From assembly GCA_017450645.1 (NCBI GenBank), contig JAFSTE010000017.1, forward strand, positions 23,542 through 87,541: 64,000 bases of DNA. Direction: 5' to 3'. Of the stretch, positions 37,502 through 47,218 are shown in pieces; the stretch's first letter is position 1; each line of letters opens with the position of its first letter. A program made the position numbers and the translations under genes. The notes beneath the pieces are model-generated. The model saw only the letters and a program-made list of their open reading frames with translations. It did no database searches and was not told where the DNA came from. Origin of the DNA: Eubacterium sp. (lineage in GTDB: Bacteria; Bacillota; Clostridia; Oscillospirales; Acutalibacteraceae).

Positions 37502-37604
37502 AGCTTTTGGTTACTCGGCTTACGCCTCAAGCAATAACGGGAGGGCGCGGAGACCCTCCCCTACGATTTAACGCACCAACATGGATTTGTAGGGGAGTCG
37601 CTCC
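37502..37604 (+). repeat. ~103-bp structured intergenic repeat, family B copy 2
   Basis: Differs from copy 1 at only 2 positions. Ends exactly at the stop codon of the O-antigen-ligase-like gene. Confidence 0.8.
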
Positions 37605-39296
37605 CTACAAGCTTGTATAATACTCGATTGCCTCTTTGTACTCGTCGGGGAGGGTAAAATCGGGCTTTTCGGGTAAATCGTAGGCGATTTTGTCCGTACT
37701 GTTTTTAAGCTTTTTTTGTGATTTTTGCAAGGCGGCAAGCTTGTCTATACAGTACTGCGCGCTGTCGTAATCGCCCATTTCGATATACTCGGGGATTATC
37801 GCAAGCAGCACGCCGCACAAATCCTCGTACTCGTCGTGCGAATAGCGATTGTATTTAAGCGCAAGCAGCTTTTGCTCAATCGTTTTTTGTATGTCGCCGT
37901 CGTCGTAGTAATACTGCGCCTTGGCGCTGTAAGCGTTGGTGATGTATTTGTCGTTTTTAATGATAGTGTTTGCTATTTCAAGCTTTTCGTCAAGGTCGTC
38001 GGTGGCGGCAAGCGCGTCAATCTGCGCCATAGTATTGTATTTGCATATTTTAACCGCCGAGTCGCTTTTGTTTATCAAAAACAAAAACGAGCTTGCGCCG
38101 AGGTAGGCAGAAAATACCGTAACCGCCGCAAACACAGTAACTACCGCTGCAAGGGCGGATTTTTTAACGCCGACCTCCCTTTTGTTTTTATCGCTTGCAA
38201 GACAGACTAAAAGTATAAAGTCGATTGCAAGGTACTGCAAGTCAAAATCCATCATACTGTGAAGCGCCGCCGCTGCGATAATGAGTTTTACATAAAGCGG
38301 CTTGTTTTTGTTAAACAATGCAGTGCCTACCCACGCGACACAAAGCAGTGCGGGCACCCAGCCGATATCAAGCAACAGCTGCAAAAGCTCGTTGTGGACA
38401 TACCGGTTTGCGTAAACGCCTGTCTGGAAGCTGCCCTGCGAAAAATAGTAGCCCATATAGCCGAGCCCGAAGGGGCGCTTGGCAATCTGCCGCAACGCGT
38501 CTTTAAAGTAAAGCAGTCTGCCCTTAAGCGTTACGGACGAGAGCGAAATTTTTAAAAACCTTGCAACAGGCGAATCCGAATCAACCAGCGAATACACAAC
38601 CGCGCCGACCAGAACAAGCACAAACGCAATCAGAGCAAAGCGCCTGAACGCCTTGTTTTGCGCGGTAAAAACAAGCGCGAGCACCACAAGCGCAAGCACT
38701 ATAAACGAGGTACGGCTGCCGCTCAAAAATACGCCCGCAATCAGCACCGCGCCGATTATGCCGTTTGGCACGCTCAGCTTTTGGTTAGACAAAACTATTA
38801 TGCCGATTATCAAAAACAGCGCAAAGGTTGACGGATACTGAAAAAAACCGCTGAGCCTGCCCTTGACCAAAAACAGCTCTTTGTTTTTAACCGCAAGCGA
38901 CAGCACGCCCGACAGCACGGTCATCACCGCGCCCGCGAGCGGCACAAGGTCAAGCGATTTAAGCGCCTCGTTTTCGTCCTTTTGCGTAACATAGACGTAA
39001 AACAGCACAAGCGGCAAAAACTTAGTAAACCCGAGCAGCGAATAGTATTTATCCACGCCCCAAAGCGCTGTCACCAAAAAGCCAAAGCTCACCGCGCAGA
39101 CCGAAATGAGCGCAAGGTTAAGCCCGATACTCAGCTTTTTTTGTTTAGCCGCTTTAACAAGCAGCAAAGCCGCAACCGCTATGCCAAAGGCGGCGCACAC
39201 AAACTCGTTAAAAAGCCCCACACAAAAAGCGCCGATACAAATTATCAGCGCGGCAGGGTCTTTTAAGATGTTAAAATTAAACTTAACTTTTTCCAT
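37605..39296 (-). CDS. polytopic membrane protein of the O-antigen ligase (Wzy_C) family with C-terminal cytoplasmic TPR-like domain
   Basis: About 10 TM helices. SGSRTSFIVLALVVLAL Wzy_C-like loop. C-terminal ~150 aa helical (YYYDDGDIQKTIEQKLLALKYNRY). Confidence 0.7.
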   Translation of the reverse strand: MEKVKFNFNILKDPAALIICIGAFCVGLFNEFVCAAFGIAVAALLLVKAAKQKKLSIGLNLALISVCAVSFGFLVTALWGVDKYYSLLGFTKFLPLVLFYVYVTQKDENEALKSLDLVPLAGAVMTVLSGVLSLAVKNKELFLVKGRLSGFFQYPSTFALFLIIGIIVLSNQKLSVPNGIIGAVLIAGVFLSGSRTSFIVLALVVLALVFTAQNKAFRRFALIAFVLVLVGAVVYSLVDSDSPVARFLKISLSSVTLKGRLLYFKDALRQIAKRPFGLGYMGYYFSQGSFQTGVYANRYVHNELLQLLLDIGWVPALLCVAWVGTALFNKNKPLYVKLIIAAAALHSMMDFDLQYLAIDFILLVCLASDKNKREVGVKKSALAAVVTVFAAVTVFSAYLGASSFLFLINKSDSAVKICKYNTMAQIDALAATDDLDEKLEIANTIIKNDKYITNAYSAKAQYYYDDGDIQKTIEQKLLALKYNRYSHDEYEDLCGVLLAIIPEYIEMGDYDSAQYCIDKLAALQKSQKKLKNSTDKIAYDLPEKPDFTLPDEYKEAIEYYTSL

Positions 39297-39347
39297 ATCT
39301 TTTAATTAACGGGAACGGCAACGCCGTCCCCGTTTTGTTTTGTATTA

Positions 39348-40850
39348 TTATAATTTTTTTGCGTTATAGTGAACCTTTATTTTTTTAAGCTCTTCTTTGC
39401 TGATGTATTCTTTTAGTTTTTTCCATTGCTTTTTTGTACCGGCATAATAAATGTCGGTAACGCTTGACTCGTTAAACGCAGAGCCGTAAATTTCTTTTAC
39501 AGACTTTGGAATATAAACCTTTTTAAGATTTTTTGTTCTTGCAAATGCGCAAAGGTCAATAACCTTTGTTTTGCTTTCAACATTGTATTTTTTGCCCTTT
39601 TTGCCTGCAGGATACTGCACAAGGGTTTTGTTCTTTTTAGTATAAAGTACGCCGTCTGTCGTCTTGTAATACTTATTCTTTTTGCTGATTGAAAACGCTT
39701 TCATCGAACGGCAACCCGCAAAAGCTGCACCTTCGATGGTTTTAACCTTTGCAGGGAGCTTAACGTCGCCGAGCTTGTTGCAGTCTGCAAATGCAGCATA
39801 AGCAATAAAGGTTACGGTGCTTGGAATTGAAGCGCTCTTGATTTTGGTTTTGCTAAACGCAAAGTAACCGATATTTCTTACCTTTGCGCCGTTAACTTTG
39901 CTCTTAATCTTTACATTTTTAAGCTTTTTGTTTGACAGACCGAGTACGCTTGCGGTTTTTGGGGTGTCCATGCTGTAAAGCAGTCCGTCTTTTACAAATT
40001 CATTAGCGACGATTGTATATACAAAGGTAACGCTCTTGTTTGTTACCTTTGTTGCGCCGTGGCCGTAAAGATTGTTGCCGCTTGAAAAAGCCTCGGCGCG
40101 GGTGCAGTCGGGAATAAAATACTTGTCGCTGCTGTCTTTAAGCTTAAATGTTGCAAGCAAATAATATTCGCCCTTGAGCTTGGTGTTCTTTGACACCTTC
40201 TTTGAGTGCTTGATAACACCGGCGTATGTTTCATGGTAGTTTGAATCCGTAGATTTTCTTAATGTGGTGGAAGAAAGCTTAAGGTCAGTTTTTTTGTAGC
40301 TTGCGTCTTTTTGTGCGAACTCGCGCTTAAAAACAGTTACCTTGAATTCGGGAGCCTTATACTTTTTGCCGTACGCCAGGCTGGGAAGCTTGCTCTTTGC
40401 CTTGACATATACGTCTGTTGCAAAGCTGTAGGAGTCCTTATGCGTAATCTTAAGCTTCATTTTGCTGTGGGCGCTGCCCATATAGATGCAGTAATCCTCG
40501 CCCTTTTCAAGCGATGTATAAACGCTTGTTGACGTAGCGTACTCTTTATCATTAATATAGTCGTAGTTGGTTTTCTGATAGAAAGAGTCCATATAATCCT
40601 CGTTTCCGTCGCCAACCATGTGATAAAGAGTTAAATACTCCGAATCCTCGCCCGAAACGGTGTTAATGCATTGGAAAACATAAGTGCCGCTGCCTTTTGG
40701 TGTAAATACCACTTTGTCCTCCGCTTTAACGGTAAGCGTGGTTGTGCCGGCTTGAACAATTATGTCCTTGGCATAAGCCTGAATGTTAAGCCCTGCGGTA
40801 ATGCTGAGCAGCATTACAAATGATAATAAGATTGATAATGTTTTTTTCAT
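39348..40850 (-). CDS. secreted BspA-type LRR surface protein (paralog 1)
   Basis: Signal peptide MKKTLSILLSFVMLLSITAGLNIQAYA. C-terminal LRR_5 units. Clearly paralogous to the next gene (same signal peptide, same C-terminal ..IYYAGTK.QWKK.. HYNAKKL). Confidence 0.75.
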   Translation of the reverse strand: MKKTLSILLSFVMLLSITAGLNIQAYAKDIIVQAGTTTLTVKAEDKVVFTPKGSGTYVFQCINTVSGEDSEYLTLYHMVGDGNEDYMDSFYQKTNYDYINDKEYATSTSVYTSLEKGEDYCIYMGSAHSKMKLKITHKDSYSFATDVYVKAKSKLPSLAYGKKYKAPEFKVTVFKREFAQKDASYKKTDLKLSSTTLRKSTDSNYHETYAGVIKHSKKVSKNTKLKGEYYLLATFKLKDSSDKYFIPDCTRAEAFSSGNNLYGHGATKVTNKSVTFVYTIVANEFVKDGLLYSMDTPKTASVLGLSNKKLKNVKIKSKVNGAKVRNIGYFAFSKTKIKSASIPSTVTFIAYAAFADCNKLGDVKLPAKVKTIEGAAFAGCRSMKAFSISKKNKYYKTTDGVLYTKKNKTLVQYPAGKKGKKYNVESKTKVIDLCAFARTKNLKKVYIPKSVKEIYGSAFNESSVTDIYYAGTKKQWKKLKEYISKEELKKIKVHYNAKKL

Positions 40851-40947
40851 TTATTTCTCCTTTCAAGTTTATATTGATATAATAATTATAACATTGTTAC
40901 ACTGTTGTTGCAACAAAAAAATGACGGTGATACCGCCATTTTTTATG

Positions 40948-42450
40948 TTATAGTTTTTTAGCATTGTAGTGTATTTTTATATTAATCTCGTCGCTTGAAT
41001 AATTGCCGTTTTTAAGCGCTTTTTTCCACTGCGACTTTGTGCCGCCGTAGTAAATATCGGTGATTTTAGAATCTGAAAAAGCGTATCTTTCTATTAAATT
41101 AACCGACTTTGGAATATATACCTTTTTAAGCTTTGAAGAATCGTAAAACGCTGCGCACGCAATCTCTTTTGTGCCCTTAATTACGTTGTATTTTGTGCCC
41201 TTTTTGCCAAGCGGATAATGTATAAGCTTGTTGTCCTTTTTGCGGTAAAGCGCGCCGTTAACGGTTTTAAAGTATTTGTTGTCTTTGCTGATTTCAAAAG
41301 CCGTAATGCCCTTGCAGCTTTCAAACGGAGCAATAGAAACCTTTTTAAGCTTTGAAGGGAGCTTAACCTTTTTAAGCTTTGTGCATCTGTTAAACGACCT
41401 GTAGCCGATTTTTGTAACAGTGCTCGGGAAGGTTACAGACTTAATATCTTTGCTATCAAAGGCATAGTCGTTAACCTCGGTTACCTTTTTGTCCGAAACC
41501 TTGCTTTTAATCTTGATGTTTTTAATTTTTTTGCTTGTTCTGCCCGCTACGTGAGCCGCTTTACTGTTGATTTGGTATTTAATGCCGTCCTTTGCGTAAT
41601 GAATACCGTCAACCCAGAATATAACCTTAAGCGTTGAGCTTGTAATCTTATAGCACGCCTCGCCGATATTTTTGCCGCTTACGTACGTATCATAATCTAC
41701 AAAATCCTTAAGGAAGTACCTGTCAAGATTTTCGTCAATCTTAAAGGTGGCAACGTAAAAATAACTGCCTTTTAATTTTGCGGTTTTAGAAACCTTTGTT
41801 GAGTTTTTGATATACTCGTCGTAGGATTCGTAATAATAATACAGATTGTCGTTTTTGTGCTTTCTGAGCTCTGACGACACAAGCTTAAGCGTGCTTGTTT
41901 TGTATACGGTGGTTTTGCCGTCGGAGGTGTTTTCGCGGTTGAGCTTGGATACCGATAAGTCAATACCGGCAAATTTTTTGCCGTATGAGTATTTGTCAAG
42001 CTTGCTCTTTGCCTTAATTCTTACCTTGTTAATAAAGCTTGAGGAGTTTTTATGCGTAATCTTTACGCTGAGATTCTTGTGCGCCTCTGCAAAGGTAAGC
42101 TCGTACCTTTCGCCTGTCTCTAAGCCCTTGTAAAAATTAACGCTAATCGCATTGTCGGTAACGCCGTCGTAGTAATATTTTGAGCTTCTGTAATACGGCT
42201 GAATAGGATTGCCCTCATAATACAAAGTGGCAAACGCGGGGTCCTCGCCGCTTTCGTTTTGCGTAGCGAATTCAAACATATACATATCGCCGCCGCTCAT
42301 TGGGGTAAAGAATGCGCTGCCGTCAGCCTCAACGGTAACCGTGTTGCTGCCATCTGAAAGTTCAATGTCTGCAAAAGCCTGAATGTTAAGCCCTGCCGTA
42401 ACACTGAGCAGCATTACAAATGTTAATAATAACGATAATGTTTTTTTCAC
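40948..42450 (-). CDS. secreted BspA-type LRR surface protein (paralog 2)
   Basis: GTG start at 42450 (AAGGAG RBS, VKKTLSLLLTFVMLLSVTAGLNIQAFA) is preferred over the upstream ATG of the track. Same architecture as 39348..40850. Confidence 0.72.
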   Translation of the reverse strand: MKKTLSLLLTFVMLLSVTAGLNIQAFADIELSDGSNTVTVEADGSAFFTPMSGGDMYMFEFATQNESGEDPAFATLYYEGNPIQPYYRSSKYYYDGVTDNAISVNFYKGLETGERYELTFAEAHKNLSVKITHKNSSSFINKVRIKAKSKLDKYSYGKKFAGIDLSVSKLNRENTSDGKTTVYKTSTLKLVSSELRKHKNDNLYYYYESYDEYIKNSTKVSKTAKLKGSYFYVATFKIDENLDRYFLKDFVDYDTYVSGKNIGEACYKITSSTLKVIFWVDGIHYAKDGIKYQINSKAAHVAGRTSKKIKNIKIKSKVSDKKVTEVNDYAFDSKDIKSVTFPSTVTKIGYRSFNRCTKLKKVKLPSKLKKVSIAPFESCKGITAFEISKDNKYFKTVNGALYRKKDNKLIHYPLGKKGTKYNVIKGTKEIACAAFYDSSKLKKVYIPKSVNLIERYAFSDSKITDIYYGGTKSQWKKALKNGNYSSDEINIKIHYNAKKL

Positions 42451-42526
42451 AAAAATTACTCCTTTCTTAAGTGAAACGTTTAACAAAAATATTATATCAT
42501 ATTTATAATTATTGTGTCAACGAAAT

Positions 42527-42556
42527 AAAAACGCAATCTAAAAGATTGCGTTAAAC
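42527..42556 (-). terminator. rho-independent terminator after YitT-family gene
   Basis: On the minus strand: AACGCAATCTTTTAGATTGCGTT followed by TTTATTT. Confidence 0.65.
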
Positions 42557-42589
42557 ACATTTAAAATTTGTTAAATCGTCGCGCTTTTT

Positions 42590-43486
42590 TTAGTCGGAAA
42601 TTTTTGTTTTTAATTCGGAGTAACGCCTCTCGGCAGTAAAGCCCCTGCCGCTGACCTCTTTTATTTTGGTAACCGTTACAAATGCCTCGGGGTCGACGGA
42701 GCGCACAATCTCGTTAGCGTAATAGAGCTTGCGCGACGGGATGATGCAAACAACTGCTTTTTCCTCCTCGCCGAGAGCGCCCGTCTGAATATAGTTCATC
42801 GTAACGCCCGCTTCAAGCTCGGTCAGAAACTTAACGCGGATTTCGTCGAACTTTTTGGATACAACATAGACCTGAAGCTGCGATTTGCCGAACACCATAA
42901 CCCTGTCGAGCACGAGCGACTCGAGCACAAGCACGACTATACCCATCATAATCTGCTCGGGCGTAGAGATAATCGCCTGCGCGCCCACGACGATAATATC
43001 CGTTATATAAACAAATATCGCAACGCCTTTGTGAAACCATTTTGCCAGCACAAGATTTGCAATATCCATACCGCCCGTCGACGAGCCGACGCGCATAACA
43101 AGCCCGAGCGACACGCCCATAAGCACGCCCGCAAACAGCGCCGCCAGAAGCGTGTTGTCCGTAAAGCTGTCAATGCCCGGAATCCTTTGCATTACGGCGA
43201 GAAAAACGGGGTACAGAACAGTGCTTGCAATGCTTGTAAAAAATAGCTTTCTGCCGATAACCACAAGCCCGAGCACCAAAAGCGCAAGGTTGAGCAAAAA
43301 CACCACGAGTGCGGTGTCCGCGCCGAACAGCTTAGCCGCGACAAGCGCGATACCCGTAGTGCCGCCCATAACGATATTGTGCGGGATAATAAACGCCGCT
43401 ACCAAAAACGCCAAAAGCGCATTTCCTAGCAGTATCATAAATGTTGTTTTTACGGTTTCACCGATGTCTTTTTTAATCTGTTTCAT
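42590..43486 (-). CDS. YitT/DUF161-DUF2179 family membrane protein
   Basis: MKQIKKDIGETVKTTFMILLGNALLAFLVAAFIIPHNIVMGGTTGIALV is the typical YitT N-terminus. ATG at 43486 with GGAGG RBS. C-terminal DUF2179-like cytoplasmic domain. Confidence 0.8.
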   Translation of the reverse strand: MKQIKKDIGETVKTTFMILLGNALLAFLVAAFIIPHNIVMGGTTGIALVAAKLFGADTALVVFLLNLALLVLGLVVIGRKLFFTSIASTVLYPVFLAVMQRIPGIDSFTDNTLLAALFAGVLMGVSLGLVMRVGSSTGGMDIANLVLAKWFHKGVAIFVYITDIIVVGAQAIISTPEQIMMGIVVLVLESLVLDRVMVFGKSQLQVYVVSKKFDEIRVKFLTELEAGVTMNYIQTGALGEEEKAVVCIIPSRKLYYANEIVRSVDPEAFVTVTKIKEVSGRGFTAERRYSELKTKISD

Positions 43487-43614
43487 ATCGCACCTCCGAT
43501 ACTTATTACACTTGTATCTTACTACATAAAGCATAAAGTTCAATATACAATATTCACATTTGGTATAAATATACATAGTCTGTTACATTATATTATTTGC
43601 ACCGAAATGTGTGA

Positions 43615-43765
43615 ATACTCGCGCATTTCAGCTTATAGCTTTGAGCTTTTAGTTACTCGCTGCGCTCGGACAATAAAAGGCGGGTGTCGAGGACGCCAAC
43701 CCCTACGCACACACATTACGATAAGCGTAGGGAAAGTTGTAGGGCGCGAAGCCGAGTAACCACAA
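43615..43765. repeat. divergent family-B-like structured repeat with imperfect terminal inverted repeats (GTTACTCGCTGCGC ... GCGCGAAGCCGAGTAAC)
   Basis: Shares the CAGCTTATAGCTTTGAGCTTTTAGTTACTCG lead-in with copies at 35450 and 37490. The core differs. Confidence 0.55.
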
Positions 43766-43789
43766 TTCCGCATTCTGAGCTCCGAATTC

Positions 43790-43822
43790 CTAATTTAAAA
43801 GGCACCCTGCAGGGTGCCTTTC
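43790..43822 (-). terminator. hairpin terminator after serS
   Basis: GAAAGGCACCCTGCAGGGTGCCTTT immediately after the serS stop. Confidence 0.55.
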
Positions 43823-45109
43823 TTACTTCGTTGGTATAATTTTATCTTTGCCGCCCATATACATCCTGAGCGCTTCGGGGATTGATACCGTACCGTCGGC
43901 GTTAAGGTTGTTTTCGAGAAATGCGATTAACATTCTCGGCGGTGCAACAACCGTATTGTTAAGCGTATGAGCGAGGTAGTTGCCCTTTTCGCCCTTAACT
44001 CTTATTTTAAGTCTGCGCGCCTGCGCGTCGGTGAGGTTCGAGCAGGAGCCTACCTCGAAATACTTTTTCTGTCTCGGTGACCACGCCTCGACATCTACGC
44101 TCTTAACCTTAAGGTCGGCAAGGTCGCCCGAGCAGCACTCGAGAGTTCTTACCGGGATGTCAAGACTTCTGAAAAGGTCAACGGTGTTCTGCCACAGCTG
44201 GTCGAACCAGTACATCGACTCCTCGGGCTTACAAACAACAACCATTTCCTGCTTTTCAAACTGATGAATTCTGTACACGCCGCGCTCCTCGATACCGTGC
44301 GCGCCCTTCTCTTTTCTAAAGCAGGGCGAATAGGATGTAAGCGTGAGCGGGAGCTTGTCCTCGGGGGTGATTGTGTCGATAAATTTACCTATCATCGAGT
44401 GCTCGGAAGTACCGATAAGATAGAGGTCCTCGCCCTCAATCTTGTACATCATAGCGTCCATTTCCTCAAAGCTCATAACGCCCGTTACAACATTAGAGCG
44501 AATCATAAACGGCGGCACAACATAGGTGAAACCTCTGTCAATCATAAAGTCGCGCGCGTAGCTGATAACCGCGCTGTGAAGGCGGGCGATGTCGCCCATA
44601 AGGTAGTAAAATCCGTTGCCGGCAACGCGACCAGCGGCGTCCATATCAATACCGTCAAAGGTTTCCATAATATCGGTGTGGTAAGGGATATCCCACTCCG
44701 GAACAACGGGCTCGCCGTACTTTTGCACCTCGACGTTTTCGCTGTCGTCCTTGCCGATCGGAACACTGTCGTCGATGATGTTCGGGATAGACATCATAAT
44801 TTCGGTAACCTTGGCGGTAAGCTCGTTTTCTTTAGCCGCAAGCTCCTCAAGCTCCTTCGCCTGAGCGGTAACCTTTTCTTTAAGCGCCATACCCTCTTCG
44901 CGCTTGCCCTGCGACATAAGCGCGCCGATTTCCTTTGAAATCTTATTTCTGTTAGCGCGAAGCTCGTCAGCCCTGACGATAACGCTTCTTCTCTCCTCGT
45001 CGAGCGCGATTACCTTGTCAACAAGCTCAAGCTTTTTGTCCTGGAACTTCTTTTTTATGTTCTCTTTTACGATTTCGGGGTTTTCCCTTACAAATTTAAT
45101 ATCAAGCAT
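43823..45109 (-). CDS. serS: serine--tRNA ligase
   Basis: MLDIKFVRENPEIVKENIKKK N-terminal coiled-coil arm. Class II motifs. 428 aa. Confidence 0.92.
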   Translation of the reverse strand: MLDIKFVRENPEIVKENIKKKFQDKKLELVDKVIALDEERRSVIVRADELRANRNKISKEIGALMSQGKREEGMALKEKVTAQAKELEELAAKENELTAKVTEIMMSIPNIIDDSVPIGKDDSENVEVQKYGEPVVPEWDIPYHTDIMETFDGIDMDAAGRVAGNGFYYLMGDIARLHSAVISYARDFMIDRGFTYVVPPFMIRSNVVTGVMSFEEMDAMMYKIEGEDLYLIGTSEHSMIGKFIDTITPEDKLPLTLTSYSPCFRKEKGAHGIEERGVYRIHQFEKQEMVVVCKPEESMYWFDQLWQNTVDLFRSLDIPVRTLECCSGDLADLKVKSVDVEAWSPRQKKYFEVGSCSNLTDAQARRLKIRVKGEKGNYLAHTLNNTVVAPPRMLIAFLENNLNADGTVSIPEALRMYMGGKDKIIPTK

Positions 45110-45125
45110 TTTTGTCCTCCTGTGC

Positions 45126-45971
45126 CTAATCCTTATAGATTGCGTTTGCTATATTTTTTAAATCCTCTAAGGTGTAAAATTCGATTTCAAGCGTGCCCTT
45201 GTTGCGACCGTTGTTTACGCGTACCTTAGTGCCGAGTGCCTCGGATAGCGCGAGCTCAACCTCGTCGTAAAAGCTGTCGCGGCGCTTTGTAGTTTTGCCG
45301 GAAGCCTTGGAAACAGGGCGTTTCGCCATTTTTTCAACATCGCGTACCGTAAGTTTCTTTGAAACAATCTGGTCGGCAACCTCTCGGATAAGCGCCTCGT
45401 TATCGAACGCGAGAAGCGCCCTCGCGTGACCCGCGCTGATAGCGCCGCTCTTTGTCATTTCGCGCACATCCTCGGGCAGCTTAAGAAGTCTTAACGAGTT
45501 GGTAATCGCGGGACGCGACTTGCCCACCGACGCCGCAGCCTCCTCCTGAGTAAAGCCGCATTTATCAATAAGCGCCTGCAAGCCCTCAGCCTCTTCAATC
45601 GGGTTCAGGTCCTCACGCTGCAGATTTTCGATAATCGCAATCTGCATAGCCTCGGTGTCGTCAAGCTCTTTTATAATTACGGGTACTTCCTTAAGCTCCG
45701 CCATACGCGACGCGCGCCAGCGACGCTCGCCCGCAACAAGCTGATAGCCGCCTGTGGTGAGCGGTCTTACGAGCAGCGGCTGTAATACGCCGTGAAGCCT
45801 GATTGACTCCGCGAGTTCCTCCAAAGCCGCTTCGTCAAAGGTTTTACGCGGCTGGTCTTTATTAGGTATAATGTCGTTAATCGGCAGAGTGCTTGTAGAA
45901 AGCGACGAGTCAACGCTGTTTTCAAGCATCAGCGCGCCCAAGCCCTTGCCCAGACCTGTCTTTTTTGCCAT
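45126..45971 (-). CDS. parB: chromosome partitioning protein ParB (Spo0J)
   Basis: ParB box GERRWRA and HTH region. 281 aa. Immediately downstream of soj. Confidence 0.9.
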   Translation of the reverse strand: MAKKTGLGKGLGALMLENSVDSSLSTSTLPINDIIPNKDQPRKTFDEAALEELAESIRLHGVLQPLLVRPLTTGGYQLVAGERRWRASRMAELKEVPVIIKELDDTEAMQIAIIENLQREDLNPIEEAEGLQALIDKCGFTQEEAAASVGKSRPAITNSLRLLKLPEDVREMTKSGAISAGHARALLAFDNEALIREVADQIVSKKLTVRDVEKMAKRPVSKASGKTTKRRDSFYDEVELALSEALGTKVRVNNGRNKGTLEIEFYTLEDLKNIANAIYKD

Positions 45972-46006
45972 ATCAATTCTCCTCTATCTATGTGTTTCAG
46001 ATAATC

Positions 46007-46768
46007 TTACTGTACTTTGAGAAATTCGTCGACGAATTTTTTGTATGCGAAAGAGGGTTTTGAGTACTTCTCGTAATAAATCACCGGCTCGCCGAAGGAC
46101 GGCGCTTCCGCAATTTTAACCGAGCGCGGAATCATAGTCTTATAGGTCTTACCCGGGAAGTACTTGTTAACCTCGTCAATTACCTGCTGAGTGAGCTTTA
46201 AGCGGCTGTCGTACATAGTAAACAGCACGCCCTCAAGCTCTAAATGCTCGTTATAATGCTGTTTTATGGTTCTAACCGTGCTGACAAGCTGAGAAAGTCC
46301 TTCGAGCGCGTAGTATTCGCACTGAAGCGGAACAATAAGCGTGTCCGCGGCAACGAGAGCGTTAATCGAAAGCAGCCCCAGGCTCGGCGGACAGTCGATA
46401 ATTATGTAGTCGAACTCCATAACAAGCGTTGCAAGCGCCTTTTTTAAGGCTTTGTTGCGGTTTTCGCTGTCAGCAAGCTCTAATTCCGCGCCTGCAAGGT
46501 CCATATTGGCAGGGAGAAGCCACAAATTCCTGTAATCTGTCTCTACCATAATGGCGCGAGCCGCAACATCATTGATTAAAATATCATATGTTGAGTATTC
46601 TACATCACTTTTGTCGACGCCTACACCAGATGTTGTGTTGCCCTGGGGGTCAACATCGACAAGTAAGGTCTTTTTGCCCTTCGCGCCTAACGCGGCAGCC
46701 ATATTAACGCAGGTTGTAGTTTTACCTACACCGCCTTTTTGGTTAAAAATTGCTACGGTTTTTCCCAT
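46007..46768 (-). CDS. soj: chromosome partitioning ATPase ParA (Soj)
   Basis: Deviant Walker A KGGVGKTT. 253 aa. Confidence 0.92.
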   Translation of the reverse strand: MGKTVAIFNQKGGVGKTTTCVNMAAALGAKGKKTLLVDVDPQGNTTSGVGVDKSDVEYSTYDILINDVAARAIMVETDYRNLWLLPANMDLAGAELELADSENRNKALKKALATLVMEFDYIIIDCPPSLGLLSINALVAADTLIVPLQCEYYALEGLSQLVSTVRTIKQHYNEHLELEGVLFTMYDSRLKLTQQVIDEVNKYFPGKTYKTMIPRSVKIAEAPSFGEPVIYYEKYSKPSFAYKKFVDEFLKVQ

Positions 46769-46888
46769 AAAAACACCTCTTTAATTAATACAATAGTAAT
46801 TATACTATATTATATCCGCACTTTCAAGAAAAAATCGGCATTTTTCATATCTTGTAGCACCGTTTACGAGAATATCAATATATAGTAA

Positions 46889-46904
46889 TGTTTCACGTGA
46901 AACT
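46889..46904. promoter_or_regulatory. parS centromere-like site (TGTTTCACGTGAAACT, 15/16 to Firmicutes consensus TGTTNCACGTGAAACA)
   Basis: Exact palindromic core GTTTCACGTGAAAC. Confidence 0.8.
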
Positions 46905-47114
46905 CGTCAATACACACTACGCGATTGAAATATAATGTTTCACATTATATTAATAATCGCTCCGAATGTATTTCCTCTATCGGAAATTACATCAGCGTAA
47001 TTTCCGATTATCAAAAAATTGCGCTGATGCAATTTTTTGAAGAGGAGACAGGTGCTAAGTGATTGTTAGCGGTTTGCCTTGCAAACTGCTTTAATCACGG
47101 CGCATCTGGGGACG

Positions 47115-47130
47115 AGTTTCACGTGAAACA
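47115..47130. promoter_or_regulatory. second parS site (AGTTTCACGTGAAACA)
   Basis: Same palindromic core, 226 bp from the first site. A half-site TGTTTCAC is also present near 46930. Confidence 0.8.
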
Positions 47131-47218
47131 TAAATAATAACACGAAACAGACGAGCCGCTAAGCCCGTCTGTCCCGTGTGATGAAAAGAGGAGAATATGT
47201 TTAAAACGGTTGCCCGTT

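Noticed and set aside
44264-44938. 224-aa plus-strand ORF
   Set aside because: Antisense to serS.
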